Shown here one piece after another: positions 13,022-25,400 of a stretch of 64,000 nt of DNA; the first letter of the stretch is position 1; each line of letters begins with the position of its first letter. The stretch lies in NCBI RefSeq assembly GCF_018977255.1, contig NW_024704742.1:112098001-112162000 (forward strand), read 5' to 3'. The position numbers and the translations under genes are program-made. The notes beneath the pieces were generated by a model, which was not told the origin of the DNA, searched no databases, and saw nothing but the letters and a program-made list of their open reading frames with translations. The stretch is from Callorhinchus milii. Its lineage: Eukaryota.

Positions 13022-13477
13022 TGAGTCTGTCTCAGTTGATAGAACTCTTGCCTCTGAATCAGAAGGTTGTGGGTTCAATCCCATATCAGGGCTTCAAAAC
13101 CATGGTCTAGGCTGACACTCCAGTGCAGTGCAGTGCAGGGGGTGTGCTGCACTATTGGAGGTGCTGTGCTTTGGATGAGATATTAAACTAAGGTCTTGTC
13201 TGCCTGCTTAGGTGAAAGGTAAAGATCTCATGTCACTATTTGAAAAGAGAAAATGGTTTTGACCAGTGTCCTACCCAACAATGCCCCAAATAATATTGAG
13301 CATTCAGTTCATGCTATTTGTGGGATATTGCTACGTGGATACTCTCTGCCATGTACACCTACAGATACACAGTCACCACACTTCACGGTAAATTCCTATG
13401 AAGTACTTTGAGATATCTCTCAGTGATGTGAAAAGGTGCTATATCAAATGCAATTATTATTATAATATTATTATTAT
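13022..13477 (+). mobile_element. DeuSINE (SacSINE1/AmnSINE1-like) element, near full length
   Basis: tRNA-like head (GCCTCTGAATCAGAAGGTTGTGGGTTCAATCCC), Deu-domain-like GGATGAGATATTAAACTAAGG...AAAGATCTCATG, L2-like tail. Confidence 0.85.
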
Positions 13478-13725
13478 GTACTGACCTAATTAACATCAAA
13501 TATTTCACATTGGCTCTGCAGAGGTGCTATATCTAGGTCACCACAATGGGAATTGTAGAACCCTTAGGAATGCTATCAAACTTATGAACAGCCCCAAACT
13601 ATGAAGAATAGTGAATATGTATTTAGAAGGAATAGGTCATATGAAATACTTTGAGAAATGCATTAAACAGAAAGCTACCTGTTATGGATAATATGGATAT
13701 ATTACAAGTTTGAAGGAAGTAACAT

Positions 13726-13966
13726 ATAATAATAATAATAATCCTTGCATTTGATATAGCGCTTTTCACGTCAGGAGGACGTCCCAAAGCGCTTCACAGA
13801 ACACACTGTAAAGTGAATTGACTGTACATTTGTGGGCAAACGCGGCAGCCAATTGCGCACAACAATGTCCCACAAACAGTCGTAGATTGAAAATGACCAA
13901 TTTATTATTGTTTGGGGTTTTTGGAGGGATTATTATTAGGCGTGTGGAGTAAGGAAACTTGCCCAA
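13726..13966 (-). mobile_element. 5'-truncated short-subfamily SINE
   Basis: Near-identical to the 3' ~240 nt of 7529-7849. Confidence 0.93.
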
Positions 13967-14432
13967 CATATTGTATTTAGAGAACACATTATTTTTAAGA
14001 AATAAATTTTATAATTATTTCATGCTGCTGCATTTACAATATTTGGAGCAAAGCTGCTTCCCTATAGAAAGCGATGTAGCTTGCTCTAGTCAGGATCGGG
14101 ATGTGGACCAGAAATCTGGGTTTAGAGTTAATTCAGCCTGTTCAACATCCCTTTCTATCAGGAGGTAAAACTAGCTACTTTACATGATGTGCAGTTGCAC
14201 AGAACATTGAAATTAGGTGCTTTTTTAATGTTATTAAAGAAGAGGTCGGCAATCGTCTATTCAAAGTACACATCCCTTCCAAAAGATAGCCTGAGAGCTT
14301 GGAATAGGCTTAGAGACCTGAGCTCTCACCCACCTTGTTTACATTGTTGTGGGTGTGAATCTCTCCACTCCTGAAGCCTCCTCCTCAAGTTAGTGCCAAG
14401 GAATCACTTACAAATATACAGTTTAAAGATAT

Positions 14433-14720
14433 ACAACAACAACTTGCACTTATAAAATGCCCTTCATGTCGGCGTGAATGCCCTAACATCTCAGACTGAT
14501 TTATGAGAGATTTGCATGGTTGAAAAGATAGGATTTTGGACAGCTTTTTAAAGAAGGTAGATAGGGTGAGACAAAAGGGTAGAGTGAGGGAATTGCAGAG
14601 GTTGGGAGCATGGCGGTTGAAGGGTGGAGGTGATGAACATGTGAAGCTTTGTGCGGGTAGGAGAGCTGGGGAAGATTGGCAGTCACAAAAGTATATAAAT
14701 GAGGGTTTAAGCAGCGGTGA
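14433..14720 (-). mobile_element. L2 LINE 3' fragment (decayed, internally deleted)
   Basis: CAACAACAACTTGCAC tail and SLKSCPKSYLFNHA-like translation. Confidence 0.7.
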
Positions 14721-15299
14721 ACATGAAATGGTAGGGGTGTTGTTGCCGTTGGTGTATGAACGTATTAATTTGTAAGTAAAAAAAACTTTTCAACCATATA
14801 AACTGTTTTTGCAAGTTTCCGCCTACAGACTTGAAGAATCATCTATTTTTGGTCATTCTCTATATGAGCACTGTAATTGAAGGGTCAGACAAAAATTACT
14901 GGGGTAAAGTATGCAGTGTTTTTTTAACGTGCTTCTTGTATTAATTAACACAAGGAATGTGATAGGAGACAAGAGTAAACTTTACCTCCCTCTTCCCAAA
15001 TATTTCAAATACTGTGGTTGCACTTTGCCTTTACTTAGATGTGCAGCAGTAACACATTTATAGATATTCCTATCATCAGAAAGGCTAGAATTGTTACATA
15101 TTCAAACATGAAAACTGGAAATTCTGTGGCAAAGTATTATTGTAGCTGCTTGATTATTTTGATGCAATGCCAACAAGAAGTGTCCAAAAGTTTCAAAACT
15201 CTCTCAGAATATCATAATTGCCTTAGGACGTCTTCCCGATGTGAAAGGCGCTCAATAAATGTAATTTTGATGTTGTTGTTTTATTGTTGAATATGTAAT

Positions 15300-15790
15300 A
15301 ATAATACTTGAATTTGATTTAGTGCCTTTTATAACGGGAGGACGTCTCAAAGAGCTTACAAGTTTTACTGTAAAGTGTAGTGACTGTGAATATTTGTTGG
15401 TGAATGAGACAGACAATTCACACACAGCAATGAACCACAAATGGCCATGGAGTGAATAATCAATTTTATTTGGGGTTGTTGGCCAGGACACCGAGATAAA
15501 TTCACTTCTCTTTTCGATTGGTTCCATGGAATCTTTGATAATAATAATAATCCTTGCATTTGATATAGTGCCTTATCACATTGTTGAGACATCTCAAAGG
15601 ACTTCATAGAATATATTGTAAAGTGAAAGGACTGAGTATTTTGCTGAAATGTCCACCTGAACAGGCAGACTGGGTATCAGTTTAACATCTCCTCTGGAAG
15701 ACAGCACCCTCAATAATGTAGTGTTCCCCAGGACTGCACTGGAGTGTCAGGATACTCTGTGTGAGTTCAAAGTCCTAAAGTGCGGCCTGA
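15300..15790 (-). mobile_element. DeuSINE-like element with nested SINE tail (15538-15646)
   Basis: Collinear with the reverse complement of 13022-13477, split by an ATAATAATCCTTGCATTTG fragment. Confidence 0.8.
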
Positions 15791-16089
15791 ACAGTTAAAC
15801 ATTTAAACAGTTAAACATTCAATGAAATGATTTCTTGTGTGTATGAAATGCGTGCTTTATTTCCTTTGGGAAACCCCCACAATCCCAATCAGAAATCCTA
15901 CTGGAGATAAATGTCAGAAACATCATGTGAGGTTGTATAATATTGAGGTGGAGTCAATTAAAATTCTATCCTACTTGTATAAACCGCACTCTAATAAAAC
16001 TTGGAGCAACAGTGTACCTACATGACAATAGACACCACACTTCAAAGTAACTCAATGTGGGAAATGCTTTGAGATGTACTGACAAGATC

Positions 16090-16822
16090 ACAGGGTTCTC
16101 GGATAACGAAGGCTCTTCAGCCTATTTGATCTCAGGCTTTAGAATATGAATAGTCTCCCCATAACCAGAATGAAGCTGTTCCTTAAAGCAGTTCACTGTT
16201 CTGATGTCAACCGAACTTGCTGTTAATTATTCCAATTGTTGATCATCATCTGCTGAAAGAAATATTTCTGGTCTATCTCCTAAAATTACCCTTCAGTATC
16301 CTGAACCTGTGACCTCTTTTCCTGCTGTCTTGCTGTATTGTTTTGTTTTATTTTCTCTTTCCCATTTAGCATCTTATATTATCTCTGTGAGGTCCCTGCT
16401 GAGACTTATCCTTTCAAGGATGAAGAGCCCTAGTCTGTCTTGTCGTTCCTTAAAGCGTATCCCTCTAGTACTGAAGATCTGCCTCGTTGCTCCTTCTACA
16501 TTGCCTCTAGGGTCTGGCAGCTTCCTTATGTCATGGTGACAAGAACTGTATGCAGTACTCCAGGTGCAGCTTAACTAGAGCATTGTACTGCTTGAGCATG
16601 ACTTCTGGGATCCAAACTCAACTAGTTTGTCAGTGTAGTTCAGCCTTGTTTGCCTTGTTTATTGTTGTCTCACACTGTTTGTTCATGATTGTGAGAAATC
16701 GGTCAACTAACAATGGTCTTTTTCAACTTCCCTCTCAGCAAGCTCTATCCCGAATGGAGTACACGTGCTTCCTATTTATATTTCCTATATGGTATGTCTT
16801 GCATTCATTTGTGTTGAACGTC
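16090..16822 (-). mobile_element. CR1 LINE 3' fragment
   Basis: AGAACTGTATGCAGTACTCCAGGTGCAGCTTAACTAGAGCATTGTA is the reverse complement of YNALVKLHLEYCIQF. Confidence 0.85.
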
Positions 16823-17974
16823 ATGATGACAAGGCACTATGTTACATTCAACTATTATTCATTAGTTACTGTTATTAATTCTTCAAAAAAAATGTAAGAA
16901 ATTCAAAATGCTGGGAATTAGAAGGAAAAAGCAGAAATACTGATTAATCAGCATCTGAAAGAGAAAGTAATACAAGTAATTTCATAGGATGCAATGACAC
17001 ATCTCAAATACTCTGTGATATGATTTGATATTTAACCAAGCAATATTTTTGATTGCTACAGCATTCTACAACAACAACTTGCATGTATATGGTACACCTC
17101 ACACAAGGTAGCAGCGCAATGTGCTTAGTTATGCAAGAAGTAGTGGGGTACAGAGAAGGAGAATAGGAGGAATTTATACTCTTGTGGAATCTAAACGCCG
17201 TCATGAACTAGTCACTGTTTTCGTGCTGTATAATTTTATGTAATTCTATGCAGTGAATTATCTTGTTTCAGTGTAGTGTAGGATTTACTTCTATTGTTAA
17301 CCAACCTTGGAATCAACCTCTATAAATCAGCTGGAAATAAAGCATACGAGGAAAGAATGTGAGGCAAAAATGGTAAATTATTAGCGGTGTTGAACATAAG
17401 GGAGGCTTGTTCCATTTTGGAGGAAAGTGCGAAGAAGTGGGTCATGATGGTGTCAGCCACAGGTGTTTTAGTGGTGTAGTGTATTTTATCATGTGGATTT
17501 TACCATGTGATGAGAATTATGTCACCATAAAATTTATCACATTTACAAAATGTTTTGACCGTTTAACAGTAAAACTGATCAGTGTCATAAATGCTGTCAG
17601 TGCATGATCTGGTGGACTAGTACCACATCTGCCATCCAATGTAATGTGGGGCATGTTGTACTCAAGATGCTATATTTACCACTTTTTTCAGGCCAAGCCA
17701 TCGTCCAAACTGTATGGTGCAAGTGAAATCATTCTGCTGAAGAGCAGAGTCATCCATACTCCTTATGCTCAGATATTCATACCTGAACACCTTAGCACAG
17801 GTGACACCTGCATACGATGCTGCAGTCAATTACCTACCCTAAAGAAAACTCATGAGATGACTCTGCATCTCGAAAATGTCTGCAATTTGGAAATGTACAT
17901 TGCACGATCAAAACAAAATCATGGTCAAGGAGATAGGAATTTGGTCAACATCTTTAAGCACAAGAATGATCCTT

Positions 17975-18160
17975 TCATAGAAACAGGATAGGCCATTAAG
18001 CCCATTGAGCCTGTTCCACCATTCTATAAGAACATGACTGATCTGTATCTCAGGTCAAATTACCTGCCCTTGCTCTGTATCCCTTAACACCCTGATCTAA
18101 TAAATAATTATCCACTTCAGTCTAAAAAATGTGAATGGATCCAGCATCCGCAGCCTTACC
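17975..18160 (-). mobile_element. CR1 3' end fragment
   Basis: ATAGAAACAGGATAGGCCATTAAGCCCATTGAGCCTG, a CR1-type 3' UTR. Confidence 0.65.
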
Positions 18161-18689
18161 AAAATAAACTGTGAGCCCTAACAATACCACATGTATCAGA
18201 GAACACTGAAGCAAAGAGATGTGTGATTAAATAGTCTATTGATTATTCAAACAGCGATAAAATATTATGAAACACAAAACCTTCATAAATGGTAAAACTA
18301 CCTGGTTAAACGAGTATTTATGTCATTATTCCCAGGTCATCCAATAAAATATCCTGATACGGGATATTTAGAGAGATGAATGGGGAAAACAAAATACTTT
18401 AGCCAACAATAAAACAAATATATACTCTATGTTGGATACCCACAATATATCTGATTGCCAGTTGCTTTTGCTGAGTTGAGACTGTAGGTACGAAGCAGGT
18501 CTCACTGATTTGAGATATGTTCCTGGGATTGGCAAATAGCACGTCTAAACAGACAGGAACTTTAAGAAGATGCACATCCTTGAGCAAAAAGTTATACAAG
18601 CATTAATTAATTAATAATATTGAAATATAACTATGTGACCTTACTGCCCAGCAACTCCACAAACGTCAGTTTACTTCATGTCCCCTGTC

Positions 18690-18905
18690 TGCTCCACCGC
18701 ACTATTCAGTGAGTGAGTGTTCAGTTGTTCAGCCTCCATTCTCTGGACTCCATTCCAGACCCTTCCATCTTGTGCCCTCCCTCTCTGCTTCAAATCCCAT
18801 TTTAACACCTTTTTATCTGACTATTCCTTTGGCCATCTCAGTCAGTTGTGTGAAACACTTTAAGACATCCTCCTTCAAAGGCACCATATAAATTTATATT
18901 GTTGG
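18690..18905 (+). mobile_element. L2 3' fragment (decayed)
   Basis: CTCTGGACTCC...TTCAAATCCCATTTTAACACC block and L2 tail. Confidence 0.65.
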
Positions 18906-19124
18906 TTTTATTGTCAATTAATTGACTTTGTATTTGTATTGATCAATCAAGATCATTAGTTTATTTCATTTTTAATAACATCCGGTCGGGAATGTTTTAT
19001 TATTCATTAAAAACTTGTGGGGATTAAGGCATAGACCACAGCAAAATAGTTAAGGTTATCAAGCCCACTTGGGCCTGTTATAGCCTGGAGAACACTCACA
19101 GTCATCTCCTAATTTTACAATATA

Positions 19125-19285
19125 CAACAATAACAACTTATAATAATAATAATAATAATAATCCTTGTATTTGATATAGAGCCTTATCAAGTCTTTGGGA
19201 CGTCTCAAAGTGCTTCACAGAATACTGTATATTTTGTGGGCGAAACTTGCATTCATATAGTGCCCTTCACAGTCTCAGAGCGCTG
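19125..19285 (-). mobile_element. L2 tail with nested SINE 3' fragment (19140-19246)
   Basis: CAACAATAACAACTT | ATAATAAT...GGGCGAAAC | TTGCATTCATATAG. Confidence 0.75.
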
Positions 19286-19784
19286 AAATGTATCATTTGC
19301 AGTTTTTCCTGTTTTCCTCTTAGTAGTTTGTGTGAGTGGTGCACATTATGGCCACAGAGCTTAGGGTTGTGATTTCAAACACACTTGAATATCAGAAAGC
19401 CTGGGATGGGAAAAAAAACTTTAGACCCCTAAGCCACTCCTTTCAATATCATGAAAAACCTACCTTATCACCCTGTCAGGGTCTTCAGCCCACTTGTCTC
19501 TTGGGGAAGTTGTACATTCTAATAAACTACAAAGGTATTTTGAGCAAAACTTTAGCGTATTCTTGCAGCCCCATTTAAGTATACTATTGAATCCTGTTTT
19601 GCTTCCCTTCACACCCCCACACCCCAAACACCAAATCGCTGCAGTATAGAAATCATTATAGGATATTAATTCCCCTTGGTTTTCTTGTATCCCACAATAC
19701 TATTCTCAAGCAGATACTTACCCAATTAATATTTTTTGAAAGAATTAAATGACTTGATGTTATATCCTTTCAGATATGTCAGGG

Positions 19785-20025
19785 CAGCAGAATAAGAGGG
19801 CACAGATTCAAGGTAGCAAGGGACAGTTTGAAGACAGGCAATGGATCGTATTTCATTACCCAGAGGGTAATTAACGCCTAGAATGGGTTATCAGGAAGGG
19901 TCATTGAGCTAGGATGCTGGACTCATTTTAAAAAAAAGCTTGATGCTGTGATCGGAGGATGATAGGTTGGGTAGGATGAGATCAAATGGGCCAAAAGGCC
20001 TTGTTCATTCAAACCAATCTTGTGG
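19785..20025 (+). mobile_element. CR1 3' fragment
   Basis: AGAGGGCACAGATTCAAG (RGHRFK) ... ACCCAGAGGGTAATTAAC (TQRVIN). Confidence 0.8.
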
Positions 20026-20776
20026 ACTATTTTCATTGGTAGATTGTTCTACAGTATCCACTTGTGTAAAGTCTATCATGTAGAAAACACAGAAATTTAC
20101 AGCACAGAGGAAGGCCATTTGGCTCACCTTGTAGTCCCTAAGTGTAGCAATCTATTCATTACTTTTTTTGGAAATTGACTTATAAGTGTTAGAGTCCTCT
20201 GTAAAGGAAAATATTTTCTGAACACCTGATCCCTTTTTTAATATTAAATCTTTGCCATTGATTTCTCATCTCATGTTCTAGTTTAAGTAGTCTGCTCACT
20301 TCTGCTTAATTGTTTGACTTTGTTACTAATTGTAGGTTCCTTTTTTACCTAGTAATTCAGATGGATGTAAAGGGACCACTCTGCCGTTGTTATTTTAAAG
20401 AAATGTGGAATCTTTTTCCCAGTTATCCTAGTTTATATTCTCCTCCCACCTAAACTTACTGCAAATTCAAATTAATTAGCAGTCAGGCCTTATTCACCCT
20501 GATCTCTCACGATCTAATGAATTTCCTCAGTGCAGGGCAAGTATAGAACCTGGGCATTTGCTGGACAGTGTGGCTCATTATGATACCATACAATTACACA
20601 CAAGCCATCGAGGAAGCAAATAAAGCATTTCATTGAGAAACTANTTTTTTTAACTGAGTGAGTAACCTCATAGATATATTCTAACGGAATAAATGACCTC
20701 ATCTTATGTTTGTTTGTTTTTCGACAAGGTTGTTAATGGGCTTTCTGAAGTTGGGAAATAACGTCAGCTCGGAGCG

Positions 20777-21111
20777 AATAATAATAATAATAATAGTAAT
20801 AATAATAATCCTTGCATTTGATGGAGCGCTTTTCACGTCGGGAGGACGTCCCGAAGCGCTTCACAGAACACACTGTAAAGTGAATTGACTGTATATTTGT
20901 GGGTGAACGCGGCAGCCAATTGCGCACAGCAATGTCCCACAAACAGTCGTAGATTGAAAATGACCAATTTATTATTGTTTTGTTTTGGAGGGATTATTAT
21001 TAGGCATGTGGAGTAAGGAAACTTACCCAAGGTTTCGCCCTGCCTGGAATTGAACTCAGGTCTCTTGCTTGCAAAGCGAGTGCTCTAACCACTGAGCTAC
21101 AGGACTCCACA
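20777..21111 (-). mobile_element. Short-subfamily SINE, full length
   Basis: Complete head to tail, flanked by AGCGAA at 20773-20778 and 21111-21116 (TSD). Confidence 0.95.
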
Positions 21112-21408
21112 GCGAACATATAACATTAAAAAGAGAAGCAACTCAGTAATGTTTATTCCTCTGCAGCCCCACTTTGTGCACTTATCAGAAGCACTTCCAC
21201 CATAACCCAGTGCCGTAACTCACAAGCAATAGCCCTTTTTCTATTGTAGCAAGATCCTATTGTACAGCAATGCTGATTGGGCAATATTTCACTTATTTTA
21301 ATCTTTAATGTTGAATCTCAGTGGTATGCTTACCCAAATATATGTATAAATTGCAATTCGAAACAGTAGGAAACCTGGTTCAAGGTTTGCCTTGAATGTT
21401 TGCCAAGT

Positions 21409-22097
21409 CACTACCTCACCCCTCACGCTGCTGAAACTCTGGTCCACGCCTTTGTCACCTCAAGGTTGGACTATGGGAACTCTCTCCTCGCCGGCCTTCC
21501 CGCACCTCCCTCCACAAGCTGCAGGTCATTCAGAACTCTGCAGCTCGTGTACTGTCCCGCACCAGGCTTCGCGACCACATCACTCCCACCCTCGCTCGCC
21601 TCCACTGGCTCCCCATCCCCCAGAGGATCGAATTCAAGATCCTCATCCTCACCTACAAGGCCATTCACGGCCTTGCTCCCTCCTACCTCTCCGACCTACT
21701 ATCCCCCCACATACCTGCCCGTACCCTCCGTTCCTCTGGCTCCGGTCTGCTCCACGTCCCCCGCCCCAATCGCCCGACCATCAGTGGTCGGGCCTTCAGC
21801 CTCTCAGCCCCCAGGCTCTGGAACTCCATCCCCCAGTGCCTTCGCCTTGCTTCCTCCCTTTCCTCCTTCAAGGCCGGTCTCAAGACCTTTCTCTTTGACC
21901 GAGCCTTCAGCTCCCCTCTCGACTCTCTTCCCCCTCCTCGCTTCCTCCCTCCCCTCACCCTGACCATTTCCCCCCTCCTCGCTCCCTCCCTTCCCTCCCC
22001 TCACCCTGACCATTTCCCCCTGCTCGGGTCCTGACCCAACTGTGCAGCGCCTTGGGACGTCCTCCCAAGGTGCTTTATAAATGGAATCTTGTTGTTG
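21409..22097 (+). mobile_element. Young L2 LINE 3' fragment
   Basis: HYLTPHAAETLVHAFVTSRLDYGNSLLAGLP translation, CpG-rich, TTGTTGTTG tail. Internal ~45-bp duplication at ~21930-22020. Confidence 0.95.
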
Positions 22098-22329
22098 CCT
22101 TAAAGTAATTTATCTGTACATTTGTACTACTGTATTTGTATCTTGATCTTTCCAGAGTGTACTTTTATTAAAATTAGTGAAATGTTGCTTAACCTGCTAT
22201 TGCTGCATAATAGCTTAGATAATACTGTATGTTTATATTCTATTATCAATATACATTATTTTGTTAATCAGTTAGCTTCTGATTTCATGTTTCAGAATTG
22301 TACAGTGTAACTGTCTTGTAACTTCTTAA

Positions 22330-22445
22330 TGTGGGATTCTATCAACCCACAAAATACACAGTCAATCCACTTTAGAGTGTATCCTGTGATGGACTTTGAG
22401 ACTTCTCAATGACGTGATAAGGTGCTATATCAAATGCAAAGATTT
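22330..22445 (+). mobile_element. SINE 3' fragment
   Basis: CCCACAAAATACACAGTCAATCCAC...GCTATATCAAATGCAA. Confidence 0.8.
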
Positions 22446-22499
22446 ATTTATCCATCAAAGTATCATTATTGTACTAATAATGCAAGTCATGGGCAGGAT

Positions 22500-25400
22500 T
22501 TTTAAAATGTGCTGAAAGAGTTAAGTTTGTGAAACAGCATAATCGTGGCATTGCATAACTGGTCTGATGTGACAATTATCAGATTGAACCTATTTTGAAA
22601 TGTCTCTAATTTACCCCAAATGTGTGGTGATAATCAACACATGGAAGTTGATGTCAGCTGCAGGATTTTTGGGTACGATCGCCAGGGAGTGAGCTGAACC
22701 ATGGAAATCAGGTTAGAGGTTTGTCTCCAGCTCCGCAATGGTGGAGTGAAAAAAAAAGCTACATTTCTTGAAAGATTTGATGTGATAGTCATCACATTAA
22801 ATTTGTTATGATTTGCAATTACTCATACTTTCCTAAAGACTGAGCATGGAATGAAGCCTTACCCCCGCCCCTACTATAGCACGAGGACATTGCATTTTAC
22901 AGCCCAATATTTCTTAATTTCTTCGGTAATTCATGGGCACCAGACTGGCGGTATATGCAAAGGTAAAACACAGCCATGGAGATATCGTAGCATGTTCATT
23001 TCAACCAGCCAAAATCAATGTGCAGATTTAAACTATAGATTGCAAGCAAATGGTAAACTGTTTCTGAAGCATTATCGACTGCTCATTATGAAGCAGTCAA
23101 TGGTCCATTTTAACCTTCTGCAGGTTTTGTGGCCATTCGACCACCCACCCTGGACTGTTCTCTGGTGCCGTAATACCAACAATATCTTAAAATCATGCCA
23201 AAAGAACACAACGTTTGTGGTTCACATGCTCATTCGTAATAATTATGAATTAAAAAAGTATTTGCAATTCTTATGTGCAAGATTAGAATCCTTGCTTTGG
23301 ATAGAACACATTTGTGTTGGGAGGATGTTTCAAAGCACTTCAAAAGATTTACCGTGAAGTGCAGTGACTGTGTATTTTATAAATAAATGCCGACAAAATG
23401 TACTTATATTGTCAATAATAAGGATGATGGTAACACCAAATACTGGATCAGCCATAGCATGTCTGCTACACAGTAACATGTTATCATCTACATTGGTGCT
23501 GTGTGATCTTGCACTTGTACTAGGACTTAGTCTAAAACATACGCACTTTTCGTGTGGCCATATTAGACTTATATTCTGTAAGTATCTTCCAAATTGACCG
23601 TCATTATAAATATTAACCTACAAAGGAAAATTAGAGCCTCTGCTTCCTATGTCACAAAATCCTTTTGAATATGTTTGCAGGAAAATTGCATATGGCGGAA
23701 GGCAAATATAAAAAGGATGCTTCAATATTAATTTTTGCTTAAAGCTGATTTTCTTTTTTTCAAAAAAATCCATGCTACAAAACAAATTTTATTGGATAGA
23801 GATTCCATTATACTGAGCTTGCTGCTGGAATTTAGTATGCCTTTGTTTGTCCCACTGAGGCTCCCATATTCTCCCAAACGTTTGTCTAATATTTCACCGT
23901 TGCTCAGTCGTTTTCAGAAATCTACACTCTAAATTTGGATTAGAGACTTTTTGTCACTGTTGCCATGGGCAATTGGCTCATTATGGTAATTAACAAGCAC
24001 AAAATGTGCACCACTTAAGACCGCTTTTCATTGGATGCTCAAATGCCATTAAAGCTAATGTCAATGGCACTGTCACGCTGGCACAGCAGAGTGTCTGGGC
24101 TATATTGATGACGTTAACGGCAAATGCCGAAAACCCATTTACTGCTATAGAATATAACCTCCTAAATAGAACTTATACATATTGCATCGTCAGTGTGTCT
24201 TTTTAAATCGTAGCTCAGGACAAATCTTGCACAGAGTAAAGATTAATTTTCAAAACATGTGCATTGAACTTGAAAAAAATTATTTTCAACAAAGAAAATT
24301 CCAGTTTAATTCAAATTGAGAAAATTGATATTCATTGTACGAGCATAAAAAAAGCACAGCCTGCTTAAAGCGCGGACCATAGAACGGTGTTGTGGAACGC
24401 TGGAATAGATTGGTGAAGATGCTGGAAATTGTGACCGAATTTGCATGTAAATAATCCAAGCGACACTCAGGATTCACAGTGCCGTGTGGAAACTGAAGAA
24501 AGCCATTTGCTGGTTTACATGCAAGAGTCCGCCGCCATTTTGTGAGGACAAACAAAGCGTCGATTCTACTATAGAGTTATGAAGCCATTCAGTGGATAAT
24601 GTGTACAAAGAATAATATGTACAGTTTTGTTCCTGACTACAATAAGCTGGGCCTGAGGCCTAATATGTGTAAAACTATTTCTCACACACCCTGCATATTT
24701 TATTGAGGCCCTGTGAGGGGCTTTCAGTAGAAAGTCACTGGACTGAATTAGTTTCACCTCTGCTGCTTCTTGGTGAACTATTTCTTAGAAAATACAAAGA
24801 AAATCCCATAAATTAAGGTTAAGGGAAGATTTATTACTGTGCGTTCAAAAAAAATCAAAAGAATTAAAATGCGCTATTTGAAATGCGGATTTCTCCATTT
24901 GCTTAGCACCAAGCTCGCTTTAGGTGAAACGGGAAGGTTTGAAAATGTGTTTGTGTAAACATCCTAAATCTGATTCTGCAGTTGAAACCCTGGAGTTAAG
25001 ACTGCACGAAGGAAATGCTGGAACAGTTTGCCTCAAACTGAAAAAAAAACATTTGTCACTTTACTTCAAATTGCCCATATATATTTTTTTCCAAGGATAT
25101 TATTCTGTTCCCTCTCCAGCCTTTTCCTTTGGTGCCGTCCAGATAAATGGCAACTCTTTATCAATGCCCTTAAATAATTTCTTCGAATATTAAAAATTCT
25201 GAGTACAGAGTCTTCAGCCTGTCTCTTCCTTGAGGTGCAGCTGTCACAGCACACCAGTGACATTATTATGTAAATTATTAGGGAGCTTTCTCTTTCATTG
25301 AATTAATCTTTTGCAGACTGGGCTTGATTTGAGGCTGGAACTGAAGGAACATGCACAGCACAATAAGACGGCAAACTTGAATTCTCACACTTTAGTGAGG

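Noticed and set aside
20644..20644. Single N base
   Set aside because: Assembly ambiguity, not biology.
22851..23357. 168-aa ORF in the TE-poor block
   Set aside because: No recognisable motif, coding bias or exon boundaries; more likely non-coding.
24758..24783. Possible third minus-strand micro-exon (AAATAGTTCACCAAGAAGCAGCAGAG)
   Set aside because: AAG acceptor and GTGAAA donor are weak; not distinguishable from chance.
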